DNA from: Thermoproteota archaeon
GTDB lineage: Archaea > Korarchaeota > Korarchaeia > Korarchaeales > Korarchaeaceae
Direction of reading: 5' to 3'
Length of the DNA stretch: 64,000 nt
Assembly (NCBI GenBank): GCA_027491915.1
Contig: JAOZGC010000003.1
Coordinates: 23,744 to 87,743 of the forward strand
The notes beneath the pieces were generated by a model. The model searched no databases and was not told where the DNA came from. It saw nothing but the letters and a program-made list of their open reading frames with translations. Below, one piece after another: positions 28,563 through 37,785 of the stretch. A program made the position numbers and the translations under genes. How positions within the stretch are numbered: position 1 is the stretch's first letter; the number at the start of each line of letters is the position of its first letter.

Positions 28563-28664
28563 GTCGTCGGGCGGCGACACCTCGGATGATCAGGGAGGTT
28601 GCGGGTCGGCACCCTCCCCGACCCCCCACGAGTAATCTTTAATTTCCGGTGGTGTGCGGGAGCT

Positions 28665-28765
28665 GGGCCGGTGGCGCAGTCTGGTAGCGCGCCCGCTTGG
28701 CAAGCGGCGTCCGAATCGCCCAGAGTGCGGGAGGTTCGCGGGTTCGAATCCCGCCCGGTCCACCA
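28665..28765 (+). tRNA. tRNA-Ala(GGC) with canonical intron (28703-28725)
   Basis: CCCGC-TTGGCA[23 nt]T-GCGGG; G3:U70; ACCA. Confidence 0.94.
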
Positions 28766-28817
28766 GATCTATCTTCTCTTCAACGTCCTCAAAGGATCTG
28801 ATCGAGGGAGAACCATC

Positions 28818-29387
28818 GTGTTCCGAGATTCGAGGTCGTCCCTATCCGGAGAGAGGCTTCCGAACTACGTCGAGGAGGTCAGGCTGACCCCCCTCATCCC
28901 CCTGTTTCTTCTCCTGCCCATGATCGTCATGGCCCCCCTGATCCTCTATCTGGCCCTCTCCAGGCCGGCCGTTCAACCCCTCCTTCCGGGGGCGGTGGCG
29001 ATCGCGCTCATACTATCCCTCGTATACTATCTAATCAGGATCTACGGGAAGCTCAGGTTGGAGGTCTTCGAGGGGGCCATCAGGATCAAGTTCGGCCGAT
29101 CCGAACTCACCATCCCGGCCGCATCCGTGTCGGCCATAAGCCTGACCAGGGCCGGCGCCCTGTCCCTCTGGTCCGGGCCCCAGGTCTGGAGGGGGTCCCT
29201 AAAATTCCTGCTGCGCGGGGGCGCGGCGGTGGTCTTCCACCTGTCTCGCCCCCAGAGAGACGTCGCTGGGGAGATCAGGCGGGTATGGGTGTCCACCTCA
29301 AATCCAGATGGCCTGGTGGCGGCCCTGATCGGGGCGGGATTTCCCCCTCCCTCCAGACCTCCGGAGGGGGACAAATACAGCCTGTAA
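28818..29387 (+). CDS. Membrane protein with two TM helices and PH-like soluble domain
   Basis: Two hydrophobic helices then IRIKFG..TIP, VWVSTSNPDGL; GTG after GAGGGAG. Confidence 0.65.
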   Translation: MFRDSRSSLSGERLPNYVEEVRLTPLIPLFLLLPMIVMAPLILYLALSRPAVQPLLPGAVAIALILSLVYYLIRIYGKLRLEVFEGAIRIKFGRSELTIPAASVSAISLTRAGALSLWSGPQVWRGSLKFLLRGGAAVVFHLSRPQRDVAGEIRRVWVSTSNPDGLVAALIGAGFPPPSRPPEGDKYSL

Positions 29388-29403
29388 TTCGGCGGCGCGG
29401 GAG

Positions 29404-29492
29404 TGGTGCGGGGGGAGGGATTTGAACCCTCGCGGGCCTGCGCCCACTCGGTCCTGAGCCGAGCGCCTTGGACCTGGCTTGGCTACCCCCGC
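29404..29492 (-). tRNA. tRNA-Leu(CAG)
   Basis: CTCGG-CTCAGGA-CCGAG, long variable arm, ACCA. Confidence 0.97.
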
Positions 29493-29559
29493 GGGGAGGA
29501 AGACCCCTCCCGTCGATATAAAGATTGCAGGCGGGACCCCCTCGCCCCTATCTAAAGAT

Positions 29560-29637
29560 TGGTGCTCCGGCCGGGATTTGAACCCGGGTCTGGGGCTCGA
29601 AAGGCCCCTATGCTTAACCTGGCTACACCACCGGAGC
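29560..29637 (-). tRNA. tRNA-Glu(TTC)
   Basis: GGGGC-CTTTCGA-GCCCC, ACCA. Confidence 0.97.
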
Positions 29638-29676
29638 CCGGGGACCGGTCTACCCCTCCTCTTATAAAATCAGCAC

Positions 29677-30786
29677 CTATATGGCGATTCCCAGATTCTC
29701 GTCCAGCTTCTGCCTCAGGTACTCCACGAAGAGGCCCTTGAGCTCCCTGGCCGACGGACTCATCGCCTTGAATATCTCCAACTCCGCCTTCTTCTTTTTC
29801 TCTAGAAACCACCTGTTCTCCTCCTGCCAGAACGGATGCTGGAGATTGGGCAGCCTCATGTTGTCCTGGGCCGCCTTGAGGTCCATCTGGGTGAGGGGCT
29901 CCAGGGCGAACCGGTAGTCAGAGAAGAAACCAGTCTCCACGTCTCCGGTGGTTATTCCTATGAATCTGGCCTCTGGGGCGGCCAATCCGGGAATGTGAGC
30001 CGAGCTTATGCTGTTGTAAACCACGGTGGCGGCTATCCTTATGGACCACGGGGACAGGTCCGTTAGGATGGCCACCGGCACTCCCTTGTCGCTCAACATC
30101 CTCAGGAACCTGCGCATGCTCCTGGAGGCCTGCCCCTTCAGGATGGCCACCGCTATCCCGTGCTCCTCCGGTATCCCCAACTCTATCATGTTCTTGGCCG
30201 GGCCGACCTTCTCCACGGCAACGACCGCCTTGACGCCTATCCTCCCGAATTTTATGTTCTCTGGCCTCGGGGGAACCGAGTAACCCATCTCCCCGACTTG
30301 ATCAGCCCTTATCGTCCTTCCCGACCTGTCTGTGAGCTCTATGTCTCCGTATATCCACCCCCTGGGGTCGCTCGTTATTGATATGGCCTCGCGCGGCAGT
30401 CCAAGCACCAGCTCCATCAAGACGATCCTTGAGTCAGTCTCTCGCTGATCTTTGGGGAACAGCGTACCCTTGAGCCTCTCTATTTTGTGGATGTAGTAGA
30501 AATCCCTCTTGGTCATGGTCAGTCCGTTCTCCAGGTGATCGAGCGCCTTGTCCATTCCATAGAGTATCCCGGCGAGCGTCTTCAGGCTCTTCAGCCTGGA
30601 CCCCCTTATCTCGCTGTACACCCTAGGGGAGAAGACGTATCCCTCCTCCTCGCTGAACTCTATGTTGCCCGAGGTGTTGGGGGGGTATCTTATCTTCGGG
30701 AACCTCCCCATCTCCATATCCCTCTTGATCTTCAGGGCTATCTCCCTTATCCTCTTCTTGACCTCAACCGCCTCCTCATGAGCCAT
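29677..30786 (-). CDS. top6A: DNA topoisomerase VI subunit A
   Basis: TKRDFYY catalytic Tyr, VEK, KGQ, TDLSPW, KAELE. Confidence 0.93.
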   Translation of the reverse strand: MAHEEAVEVKKRIREIALKIKRDMEMGRFPKIRYPPNTSGNIEFSEEEGYVFSPRVYSEIRGSRLKSLKTLAGILYGMDKALDHLENGLTMTKRDFYYIHKIERLKGTLFPKDQRETDSRIVLMELVLGLPREAISITSDPRGWIYGDIELTDRSGRTIRADQVGEMGYSVPPRPENIKFGRIGVKAVVAVEKVGPAKNMIELGIPEEHGIAVAILKGQASRSMRRFLRMLSDKGVPVAILTDLSPWSIRIAATVVYNSISSAHIPGLAAPEARFIGITTGDVETGFFSDYRFALEPLTQMDLKAAQDNMRLPNLQHPFWQEENRWFLEKKKKAELEIFKAMSPSARELKGLFVEYLRQKLDENLGIAI

Positions 30787-32320
30787 TCTTCTTCACCCCC
30801 GCGGGCGGGCGAACCTTGGACAGTATCTTCTCCACCGGCGGCCTCTCGCCGGTTAGGTCCTCTACCACCTCGGATATCAACTCGTAATATCTGGCAAACG
30901 CTTCGTACCTGGCCCTGGCCATCTCGGCCCTCCTCTTCCTGTGGAGGAAAGACTTCAACTCCCTGGCGCAGATCCTCAACCCAAGCTCGATCTCCCTGGC
31001 TATCTCCGGTTTGTTTGCTATGAACTCCTTACCCACGGTCTTAAAGGGTATCTTGGTGGACACTATGTGCACGAACAGGGCCACGGGTTCTTCCTCCAGC
31101 GATCTCAACCCGTAGTTCCCCCAGTCTATCCTCCTAGCCACCGCGTACGAAACGTCGCTGGAGACATCGTAGAGGAGGGGTATCCGGTTGGCGAACCTGT
31201 AGAGCTGGATCTCCCCGGTCGGTCTCAGCTCTCCCCCATAGGCCAGGGCCGTTTCAACTATGAACGGGTGGGCCTCGAACACGCTCGGCGGCCTCTGGAC
31301 TGCCTTGACGAATTCCGGTCTGAGCTCCTTCTTTATTCCCTCCTCCAACAACTCCGGCGACAGGGGCGACAGGATCGAGGCGTCGGGCGGCAGGAACCGT
31401 GGATAGCTTCTCAATGCCCTGAAGAGGGCCCTAATCTCCTCGTCGGTCAGGTTTCTCGGCCTCTTGATCGGATCGAGCCCGGCCAGCCTCACCACTTCCC
31501 TCGCGGTCTTGGATCCCACCCTCTGGAAGTGGGTGGTGAGGAAGGTCACCAGAGTCCTGGTCTTGGTGGTGGATATGAGCCTCATCAGTATCTCCAGGTC
31601 CACCCCTTTGGGGTGGAACTTGGCCTCCCTGGGCAGCGGGGGGATCACGTCGGTGCTCCTCACGAAAAGGTAGGGGACCCCGTCCGGATCCACGAACAGC
31701 ATGTCCGCGTATGGGGTGACGATCGCGGTCTGCCTCAGGTACTCAACTATCTTTCTCCTGGCCTTCCCGTAGCTCCCCTCGAAGTGCATCTCAACCCTGG
31801 TGAACGACTCGTCGCACGCGTCCGCCAGCCTCCTCCTCTTCAATACAATCGGTTCATTCCTCTTGATGTCTATCTTCATTTCGAACTCCTCCACAGGACC
31901 CCCGTCCCGCGCGGTGGTCACCTTGAAGGGCATGTTGGTCGTTATCTGTCCGTAGAGGAGGGCCATAGTCCCGCCCAATCCGAACGTCCCCCTGCTCTGC
32001 ATCAACCTGTACTTGGAACTCACGAACACCTTGCCGAAGGCCGCAGGAACGTCGCTCGGATCCAGACCGATGCCGTTGTCAGACACGGTAAGCCTGTAGA
32101 TGGTCCCTCTCCCGTCCACCCTCTCTTCAGATCTGGTCATGAAGACCGTTATCCTCGGCGGCCTCCTGGCCAGCTCGCAGGCGTCCAGCGCGTTCTCGAC
32201 GAGCTCCCTCACTATGGTGTAGGTGGCCCTAACCGGGTTGTCGAAGCCGGCCAGGGCCTTGTTCCGGTAGAAGAAGTCCGCCGCGCTTATCTGCTCCAGC
32301 TGAACCTCTCTCTCGGCCAT
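30776..32320 (-). CDS. top6B: DNA topoisomerase VI subunit B
   Basis: ELVENALDA, DNGIG, QSRGTFGLG, RFANRIPL. Confidence 0.97.
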   Translation of the reverse strand: MAEREVQLEQISAADFFYRNKALAGFDNPVRATYTIVRELVENALDACELARRPPRITVFMTRSEERVDGRGTIYRLTVSDNGIGLDPSDVPAAFGKVFVSSKYRLMQSRGTFGLGGTMALLYGQITTNMPFKVTTARDGGPVEEFEMKIDIKRNEPIVLKRRRLADACDESFTRVEMHFEGSYGKARRKIVEYLRQTAIVTPYADMLFVDPDGVPYLFVRSTDVIPPLPREAKFHPKGVDLEILMRLISTTKTRTLVTFLTTHFQRVGSKTAREVVRLAGLDPIKRPRNLTDEEIRALFRALRSYPRFLPPDASILSPLSPELLEEGIKKELRPEFVKAVQRPPSVFEAHPFIVETALAYGGELRPTGEIQLYRFANRIPLLYDVSSDVSYAVARRIDWGNYGLRSLEEEPVALFVHIVSTKIPFKTVGKEFIANKPEIAREIELGLRICARELKSFLHRKRRAEMARARYEAFARYYELISEVVEDLTGERPPVEKILSKVRPPAGVKKNGS

Positions 32321-32374
32321 CCCTCTCGGGGCCCCCGCCCGGCCCCCGTTTAAAATATTGATCGACGCCCATCT

Positions 32375-32959
32375 TTATTCTCCTGTCTCTTTTGAGGCCA
32401 ATCTCCTCTCTAAGTTCTCTATCTCTCTCATTTCCGCCAGCTTCTTCTCCATAATTCGATAAGCTGTTGAATGTCGGGCTCCCTTGAGGAGGGCAATCAC
32501 CGCTTCCTTGGCCGGGATGACCCCGTAGTGCCTTCCTATTATCGACACAGTGTGGCCATAGACGGATATGCTGGTCCCCGTCCTCCCCTCTATGTAGGCC
32601 CTGGCCCTTCCCCTCTCACCTATCAACCTGCCCCTGATCCTTATGAGGGCGTTCTTCCTGTCCCCCACGTAGTTCCTCAGGTCTATGACCTCGAGCACGT
32701 ATTCGTCGTCCAAGAGGTTGAACGCCTTCTCCGGACTGAAGCCCCTCGATATCGCCCTTATGACGGAGACCAACTTGCTCGGCATGAGGGGATCTCCCGG
32801 GGGGGAATCGAACCTTATCGTGACCTCGCCAGTCCGACTGTCCACCGACAACCTGGCCCCGGTCAGAGACTCCAGCCTCCTCCTGACGGCCCCGCCTTTG
32901 CCTATCAAAACCCCTATCCTGGCCCGGGGCATCTTAATCTTGGCCTGGTAGAAGGTCAT
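32375..32959 (-). CDS. KH-domain rRNA processing protein (Dim2/Pno1)
   Basis: RIGVLIGKGG, AISRGFSPE, GRLIG, VYGHTVSIIG. Confidence 0.93.
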   Translation of the reverse strand: MTFYQAKIKMPRARIGVLIGKGGAVRRRLESLTGARLSVDSRTGEVTIRFDSPPGDPLMPSKLVSVIRAISRGFSPEKAFNLLDDEYVLEVIDLRNYVGDRKNALIRIRGRLIGERGRARAYIEGRTGTSISVYGHTVSIIGRHYGVIPAKEAVIALLKGARHSTAYRIMEKKLAEMREIENLERRLASKETGE

Positions 32960-32962
32960 TCC

Positions 32963-33763
32963 TCACCCCTCCATGAGGTCCTCCGCCAACCTCTCCGGAT
33001 CCGGGGTCGCCAGTCCGTACCTGCGCCTAAAGAACCTCGTGATGACCCTCAGGTCCCTCTCCAAGAGCTCTCGGGCCATCGGATGTGCCAACAGTACGGA
33101 TTGTGAGCAATCAATTATCCAAGGTAAGTCTTTCCAATACATTATGTTGTACTCAGATAGGTCCCCGTGAACCAGATTCGCGCCACGGACGATCCTTCCG
33201 ACGTCCTCCAGTATGAGCTCCATCGTGCGCCTGGGATCGGGCAGGTCGGTCACCTGCCTCAGGAGGGGCGCAGGGAACCCCCCCTCCCCTATGAACTCCA
33301 TCACCAGCACGTTTCCGGCCAGGCCAAGCGGCTCGGGAACCCGAGCGTCCGCCTCCCTCATTCTGCCCAGGTTCTGGAATTCTTTCCGCGCCCAGGCCAT
33401 CACCAACTTCGTCTTCCCGCGGGGCGGCCTGAATCGCGGGTCGCCGATCATGTAGTCCAGGTACCTGGAGAAGTCGGCCGTATCTATCCTGTACACCTTT
33501 ATTGCCACCTCCCCCCGGGCTCCCTCGCCGGACATGACCAGGGACTCCTTCCCGGCGCTCACCACCCAGTTGAAGTCCCTTATCACTCCGGCGTTGAACA
33601 GTCTGACCAGGGACCTCACGGTCCTCTGATCGAATATCAGGTGCCTTATCTTGTAGTAATCTCTGTCCTTTATCTTACCCCTCTCGGCCTCCCTGGCCGC
33701 CAATCTGTCCAGGCGCTCCTCTATCTCTTCGAACCTCTCCGACCCGGGCGGGTCAGGAGACAT
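32963..33763 (-). CDS. rio1: RIO1-family Ser/Thr kinase
   Basis: SAGKES, AIKVYR, WARKEFQNL, VHGDLSEYN, IIDCSQ. Confidence 0.95.
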   Translation of the reverse strand: MSPDPPGSERFEEIEERLDRLAAREAERGKIKDRDYYKIRHLIFDQRTVRSLVRLFNAGVIRDFNWVVSAGKESLVMSGEGARGEVAIKVYRIDTADFSRYLDYMIGDPRFRPPRGKTKLVMAWARKEFQNLGRMREADARVPEPLGLAGNVLVMEFIGEGGFPAPLLRQVTDLPDPRRTMELILEDVGRIVRGANLVHGDLSEYNIMYWKDLPWIIDCSQSVLLAHPMARELLERDLRVITRFFRRRYGLATPDPERLAEDLMEG

Positions 33764-34163
33764 CTCCCATCATCGCCCACTCCTCGTCCAAGTACCCCTT
33801 CTTGATGAGCCACTCCACCTGCTGTCTCCTGTACCTCACAACCACGTCGCCGCGGTCTCTCTGGAACGGCCAGATGGATACCAGTACTATGTCCCCCCTT
33901 CTTATCCAGTGTCTCTTCCCCCTGAGCTTCCCCCTGACCCTGACCACCCTGACCTGCCCGTCGGCGCACTCCACCCGGAATTTCCCCTTGCCCAGCGGAT
34001 CTAACACTCTGCCGAAGACCTCCAGCTCTGGATCGGCTGGCAGGAGGTCCTCCATCTCTGCGTCCAGGGAGGATTCAATGCCCTGATCACCCCTCTTCCC
34101 CTTGGGCACCTTCTTTCCACCTCCCCTCCTCTTCCTCCTCTTTCCCCCCCTCCTTCTAACCAA
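33753..34163 (-). CDS. eif1a: Translation initiation factor aIF-1A
   Basis: CADG..R..RGKL..WIRRGDIVLV..W.FQ..RGD; basic N-tail. Confidence 0.95.
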   Translation of the reverse strand: MVRRRGGKRRKRRGGGKKVPKGKRGDQGIESSLDAEMEDLLPADPELEVFGRVLDPLGKGKFRVECADGQVRVVRVRGKLRGKRHWIRRGDIVLVSIWPFQRDRGDVVVRYRRQQVEWLIKKGYLDEEWAMMGDVS

Positions 34164-34190
34164 ACTTTAACACAACTCCCCCCATTCACA

Positions 34191-34613
34191 TTAGATCTTT
34201 GGAACCGGGCTCGTCGCGCCGCAGGCCTCGCACTTGAGGGCCCACCCCCTCCTCACCTTTACTATCCTGGTGTCCGGCCTGCCGCAAACCGGGCAAAGGA
34301 CGTACCTCTCTATGAACTTCCTCAGCCTGGCCTCGACCAGCTGGGGATCTATCCTCCTGCTGAGTATGAGCTTCTTACTCTCTTCGGTTATGAAGTAGGG
34401 GCTGCCGAGCTCCTTGGACAGGAACCTGGCCAACAGGTGGGGATCCCTGTTCAGGCCGCTGGCTATCTCCCTGAAATTCGATATGTGCGTCTGCCTCCCT
34501 ATGATGACTATGATCGGTCTAGGGGGCCGGAACCTCTCGCCGCTGGCGACGACCGGTGGTGCCTCCTTCCTGGCCGCCGCCAGCATCTCAAGGTACTCCT
34601 CCTCGGAAGCCAA
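34191..34613 (-). CDS. eif2b: Translation initiation factor aIF-2 beta
   Basis: ERF..P, NF..I...LNRDP, YVLCPVCGRPDT, CEACGA. Confidence 0.96.
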   Translation of the reverse strand: MASEEEYLEMLAAARKEAPPVVASGERFRPPRPIIVIIGRQTHISNFREIASGLNRDPHLLARFLSKELGSPYFITEESKKLILSRRIDPQLVEARLRKFIERYVLCPVCGRPDTRIVKVRRGWALKCEACGATSPVPKI

Positions 34614-34618
34614 TCAAT

Positions 34619-35266
34619 TTACACCTCCGACCCGCCCGTATCACCCAGCGCGTACCTCCCCTCCTCATCCACGTATATTAATCCTTCCGAGAGCATCTCG
34701 TTTAGCGCCGTCAGCACGTCGTCCGGATCCCCGCCCATCCTGGCCAGGATCTCCTCCTCCCTCATGGGACCTTCCTCCCTGAGTAGCGATAGGATCCTGT
34801 CCTCCACACCCCCGCCCGGCAGGGCGGCCGCCCTCCTGAACCATGATCTCAGTATCTCCAGTTCCCTGAGCAATATGACGTTTGGATCCTCCACTCGAAT
34901 GACTATCATCGGCTGGACGTACTTCTCCCCCCTCCACTCTCGGGGCTTCCCCACGACGTCCACCACGGTCCCCCTGGGGAGGGGCGACCTGGTGTCCCCG
35001 TCCACCAGCAGCTGGACTCCCTCCTCCCAGGCCCTGAGGGATATGGGCCCGGTCCCGTCGTCCACCGACAGCCTGGCGTGGCCGCCATCCTCGGCCAGGT
35101 ACCCGTCTATCACGACCCCCATTATCCTGACCTTGGCCACGCTCCTCCCCGACGCCAGCCTGAAGTACCTGTAACCTCCGGCCGTCAGCTCCTCGAACTC
35201 CCCCCCCAATATATCCCCAATCAGGACCTTGACGGCCGGCTGGTACCTCAGCCACCCGAACGACAC
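34619..35266 (-). CDS. OB-fold + winged-helix protein (RPA32-like)
   Basis: PAVKVLI, KVRIMGVV, VDDGTG, VDVVGKPRE, C-terminal wH. Confidence 0.8.
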   Translation of the reverse strand: MSFGWLRYQPAVKVLIGDILGGEFEELTAGGYRYFRLASGRSVAKVRIMGVVIDGYLAEDGGHARLSVDDGTGPISLRAWEEGVQLLVDGDTRSPLPRGTVVDVVGKPREWRGEKYVQPMIVIRVEDPNVILLRELEILRSWFRRAAALPGGGVEDRILSLLREEGPMREEEILARMGGDPDDVLTALNEMLSEGLIYVDEEGRYALGDTGGSEV

Positions 35267-35315
35267 GGCGCCCCACCCCTCGGCAGATTTATAATTTGGT
35301 GCGGCCCCAGGGTCC

Positions 35316-35419
35316 GGGCCCGTGGCTCAGCCTGGAAGAGCGCCCGCCTTATATGGCGGCTCCCGCCACAAAGCCAGAGGAGAAGCGGGAGGTCCCGGGT
35401 TCAAACCCCGGCGGGCCCA
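35316..35419 (+). tRNA. tRNA-Ile(TAT) with 30-nt anticodon-loop intron (~35353-35383)
   Basis: CCCGC-CT-TAT-AA-GCGGG after splicing; BHB CCTT/GAGG with inner TGGC/GCCA; A73. Confidence 0.9.
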
Positions 35420-35448
35420 CTCCCCCCCGCGGGAGAGGTGGGAACCTC

Positions 35449-36528
35449 TTGAGGCTCTGGATAGACGTCGTCAACGCGCCTCACGTCAGACTCTTCGCGA
35501 GGATCGTTGGGATTCTGGGGGAGGCCGTCGAGGACCTCTTGACAACAACGAGATCGTACGGATATCTGGAGGAGATGGCCGCGGAGATGTTGAGCTTCCC
35601 GGGCTCGGCCCCGATTTCGGTGGGTCAGAGGGCCGGAGGCCGGCTGGAGAAGCTCATGGCTCACCTGGACAGGGTGAGGACCCTGGCCGAGATCGTTCAC
35701 AGGTGGCGGCCGACCGTGGCGGCCGCCAAGGCCTCACCCGAGCTCTCCAGGGTGGCCTTCGGCCTCGGGATCCCGGCGGTGATAATCAACGACAACGACA
35801 AAAGCTATCACGTCAGCAAACTCACCTTCCCCCTGGCCTCGGCCGTCGTCGTTCCAGAGGCCTTCGGCCGGGAGAGGGCGATCGAGTTGGGGGCAGACCC
35901 AGATGCCGTCGTCACCTTCCGCGGGGTCTGCGAGGTGGCCCACGTGTTGGACTACTTGGAGGGAAGGAGGTGGGGCGACCCGCTCGGCGACCTCGGACTG
36001 GAGCCAGGCGGCTACGTGGTGGTCAGGCCGGAGCCCAAGATGGTCGCCTACGGGTCGTGGAAAGGAGAATCTTCCTCCCTCACGCTGATCAGGTCGATCC
36101 GTCGCGGGATCGGAGATCTCAAGTTGGTCGTCTTCCCCAGAGATCAAGATGAGGCCAAGGCCATGTCGGCGGAGGGCGCAATCGTTCCAGGCGGAGCAGT
36201 CGACGCCCTTCAGATCTTAGCGAACTCTACCGCCTTCATCGGGGCGGGCGGGACCATGACCAGGGAGGCCGCCCTGCTCGGGGTCAGAACCGTGTCCCTA
36301 TATCCGGGAGAGGACCTCGCCGTAGACAGAGAGCTGGAGGAGGCTGGGCTCATTAGGAGACTCCGGGACGTCGCCGCGCTCGGGGAGAAAATCGAAGAGG
36401 TTCTGGAGTCACCTCCCCCCCGCTCGGAGGCCGACCTCTATCTCAGGAGGGTAGATGATCCCGCCAAGGTCATGGCGAACGTTGTCAGGGAGATCTCGCG
36501 GCCTTCAATCTCACGGCGATCCTCTTGA
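35449..36528 (+). CDS. DUF354 family protein (GT-B-like fold)
   Basis: WIDVVNAPHVRLF, RVAFGLGIP, GAGGTMTREAALLG; TTG 35449. Confidence 0.88.
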   Translation: MRLWIDVVNAPHVRLFARIVGILGEAVEDLLTTTRSYGYLEEMAAEMLSFPGSAPISVGQRAGGRLEKLMAHLDRVRTLAEIVHRWRPTVAAAKASPELSRVAFGLGIPAVIINDNDKSYHVSKLTFPLASAVVVPEAFGRERAIELGADPDAVVTFRGVCEVAHVLDYLEGRRWGDPLGDLGLEPGGYVVVRPEPKMVAYGSWKGESSSLTLIRSIRRGIGDLKLVVFPRDQDEAKAMSAEGAIVPGGAVDALQILANSTAFIGAGGTMTREAALLGVRTVSLYPGEDLAVDRELEEAGLIRRLRDVAALGEKIEEVLESPPPRSEADLYLRRVDDPAKVMANVVREISRPSISRRSS

Positions 36529-36730
36529 CGGCCTCAAACCAGAGAACTAGGAGGCCGATTAAAACGACGGTTCCCATAGATAGCTTCAGGACCTCCAGGG
36601 TTATCTCCCTCGGCCTGGTAGTCAGCCACGCGGTAAACTCGCCAGCCAGCCAGAATCCGAGCATCATGAGAAGCCAGCCGACGAGCACGGACGCGAGGGC
36701 CAGGGCGCTGCCCCTGTCCAAGCCGGTCAC
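36485..36730 (-). CDS. Small two-TM membrane protein
   Basis: Two hydrophobic helices; start overlaps upstream stop (GTGA). Confidence 0.65.
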   Translation of the reverse strand: MTGLDRGSALALASVLVGWLLMMLGFWLAGEFTAWLTTRPREITLEVLKLSMGTVVLIGLLVLWFEAVKRIAVRLKAARSP

Positions 36731-37725
36731 CTCGCTGGCGTCGGCGTGAGGACCAGCAGGGAGATCGTCCCGAGAGCGGAGGAGACGACGGTCAGGGCTA
36801 TTATCTCCGCGACTATCCTCCTCTCGGTCTTCGCCCTGTCAAGGGCTATCACCGGGATGAGGGTTATCGGCGCCCTGGGGTCTGGATTGGCCCTGATCCT
36901 GTCCCCCTCCTCAAGTACCGTCGCCTTGACCTCTATCTCCGTGCGGCTCTTCAGGCCCCGGATGCTGACTATGGTCATGTAACCGGAGACTATCATGGGG
37001 AGAGCCGATATCAGCAGGAGGGACTCCAGGCCGTCGAAGGTCGAGGCAGATCCCAGGGCGGCCCCCAGGGCGAAGGATCCCACGTTGCCGGAGAACACCT
37101 CTGCCGGGAACCTGTTGTGCCTGTAGTACGCCGCGCACGCCGCCGCCGACACGGCGGACAGCGCAGCCGTGGCCTCCATCCCCATCCAGGCGCCGACAGC
37201 CGCCATGGTGGCGGAGATCACCGCGGCCGATCCGACGAGCAGTCCGTTTAGGGCGTCTATCATGTTGGCGGAGTTCACGATCACCGAGATGAACGCCGGT
37301 ATGAGGGCTATCAGGGCCAGGTGCATCCTCGCCCTCCCTACCAGGGGGAGGAAGGGTCTAGGGGAGGCTATCCCGGGCGCCAGCAGCGGGAGGGCTATGA
37401 GCGCGGCGCCCAGGGCTTTTTGGAGTGCGTTCAGATCTACTAGATCGTCCACCGCCCCGATAACAGAGGCTACGCCCACGGCGGCCGAGAAGGCCAGCGC
37501 CCGCGGGGTCAGGCTCTGGTCGGCCCACCCGAGGATCGATGCGCCGATCATCATGCCGAGGGCGAGGGCGGCCCCGACCATCTCCGGCACCTCCGGTCTC
37601 CCCGACTTGTGCACGTCCACCCCGGTCACCCCGACCCTCCGGAGCCTGTCGGCCAGGTGCCTCGTGAGCAGTTCGGTTGCCACCGCGGCGGCGGCAGCGG
37701 CCGTCAGGACAGCCCAGATCTCCAC
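36727..37725 (-). CDS. UDP-HexNAc:polyprenyl-P HexNAc-1-P transferase (MraY/GPT/AglH family), copy 1
   Basis: GVDVHK, VPEMVG, GAVDD, NSANMIDALNGL, PAEVFSGNVGS. Confidence 0.9.
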   Translation of the reverse strand: MEIWAVLTAAAAAAVATELLTRHLADRLRRVGVTGVDVHKSGRPEVPEMVGAALALGMMIGASILGWADQSLTPRALAFSAAVGVASVIGAVDDLVDLNALQKALGAALIALPLLAPGIASPRPFLPLVGRARMHLALIALIPAFISVIVNSANMIDALNGLLVGSAAVISATMAAVGAWMGMEATAALSAVSAAACAAYYRHNRFPAEVFSGNVGSFALGAALGSASTFDGLESLLLISALPMIVSGYMTIVSIRGLKSRTEIEVKATVLEEGDRIRANPDPRAPITLIPVIALDRAKTERRIVAEIIALTVVSSALGTISLLVLTPTPAR

Positions 37726-37785
37726 CTTGAGTCCGGTACCGGGTTCGCCGGACAGTTAAAAAAGGGGATCCACCGAGGGCCACGG

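Noticed and set aside
20669-32320. Inteins in RtcB or TopoVI
   Set aside because: Protein lengths are normal and no splicing motifs seen
30941-32353. 470-aa plus-strand ORF and similar long antisense ORFs (20981-22060, 42351-43196, 57363-58463)
   Set aside because: Antisense to conserved genes, with no recognisable motifs
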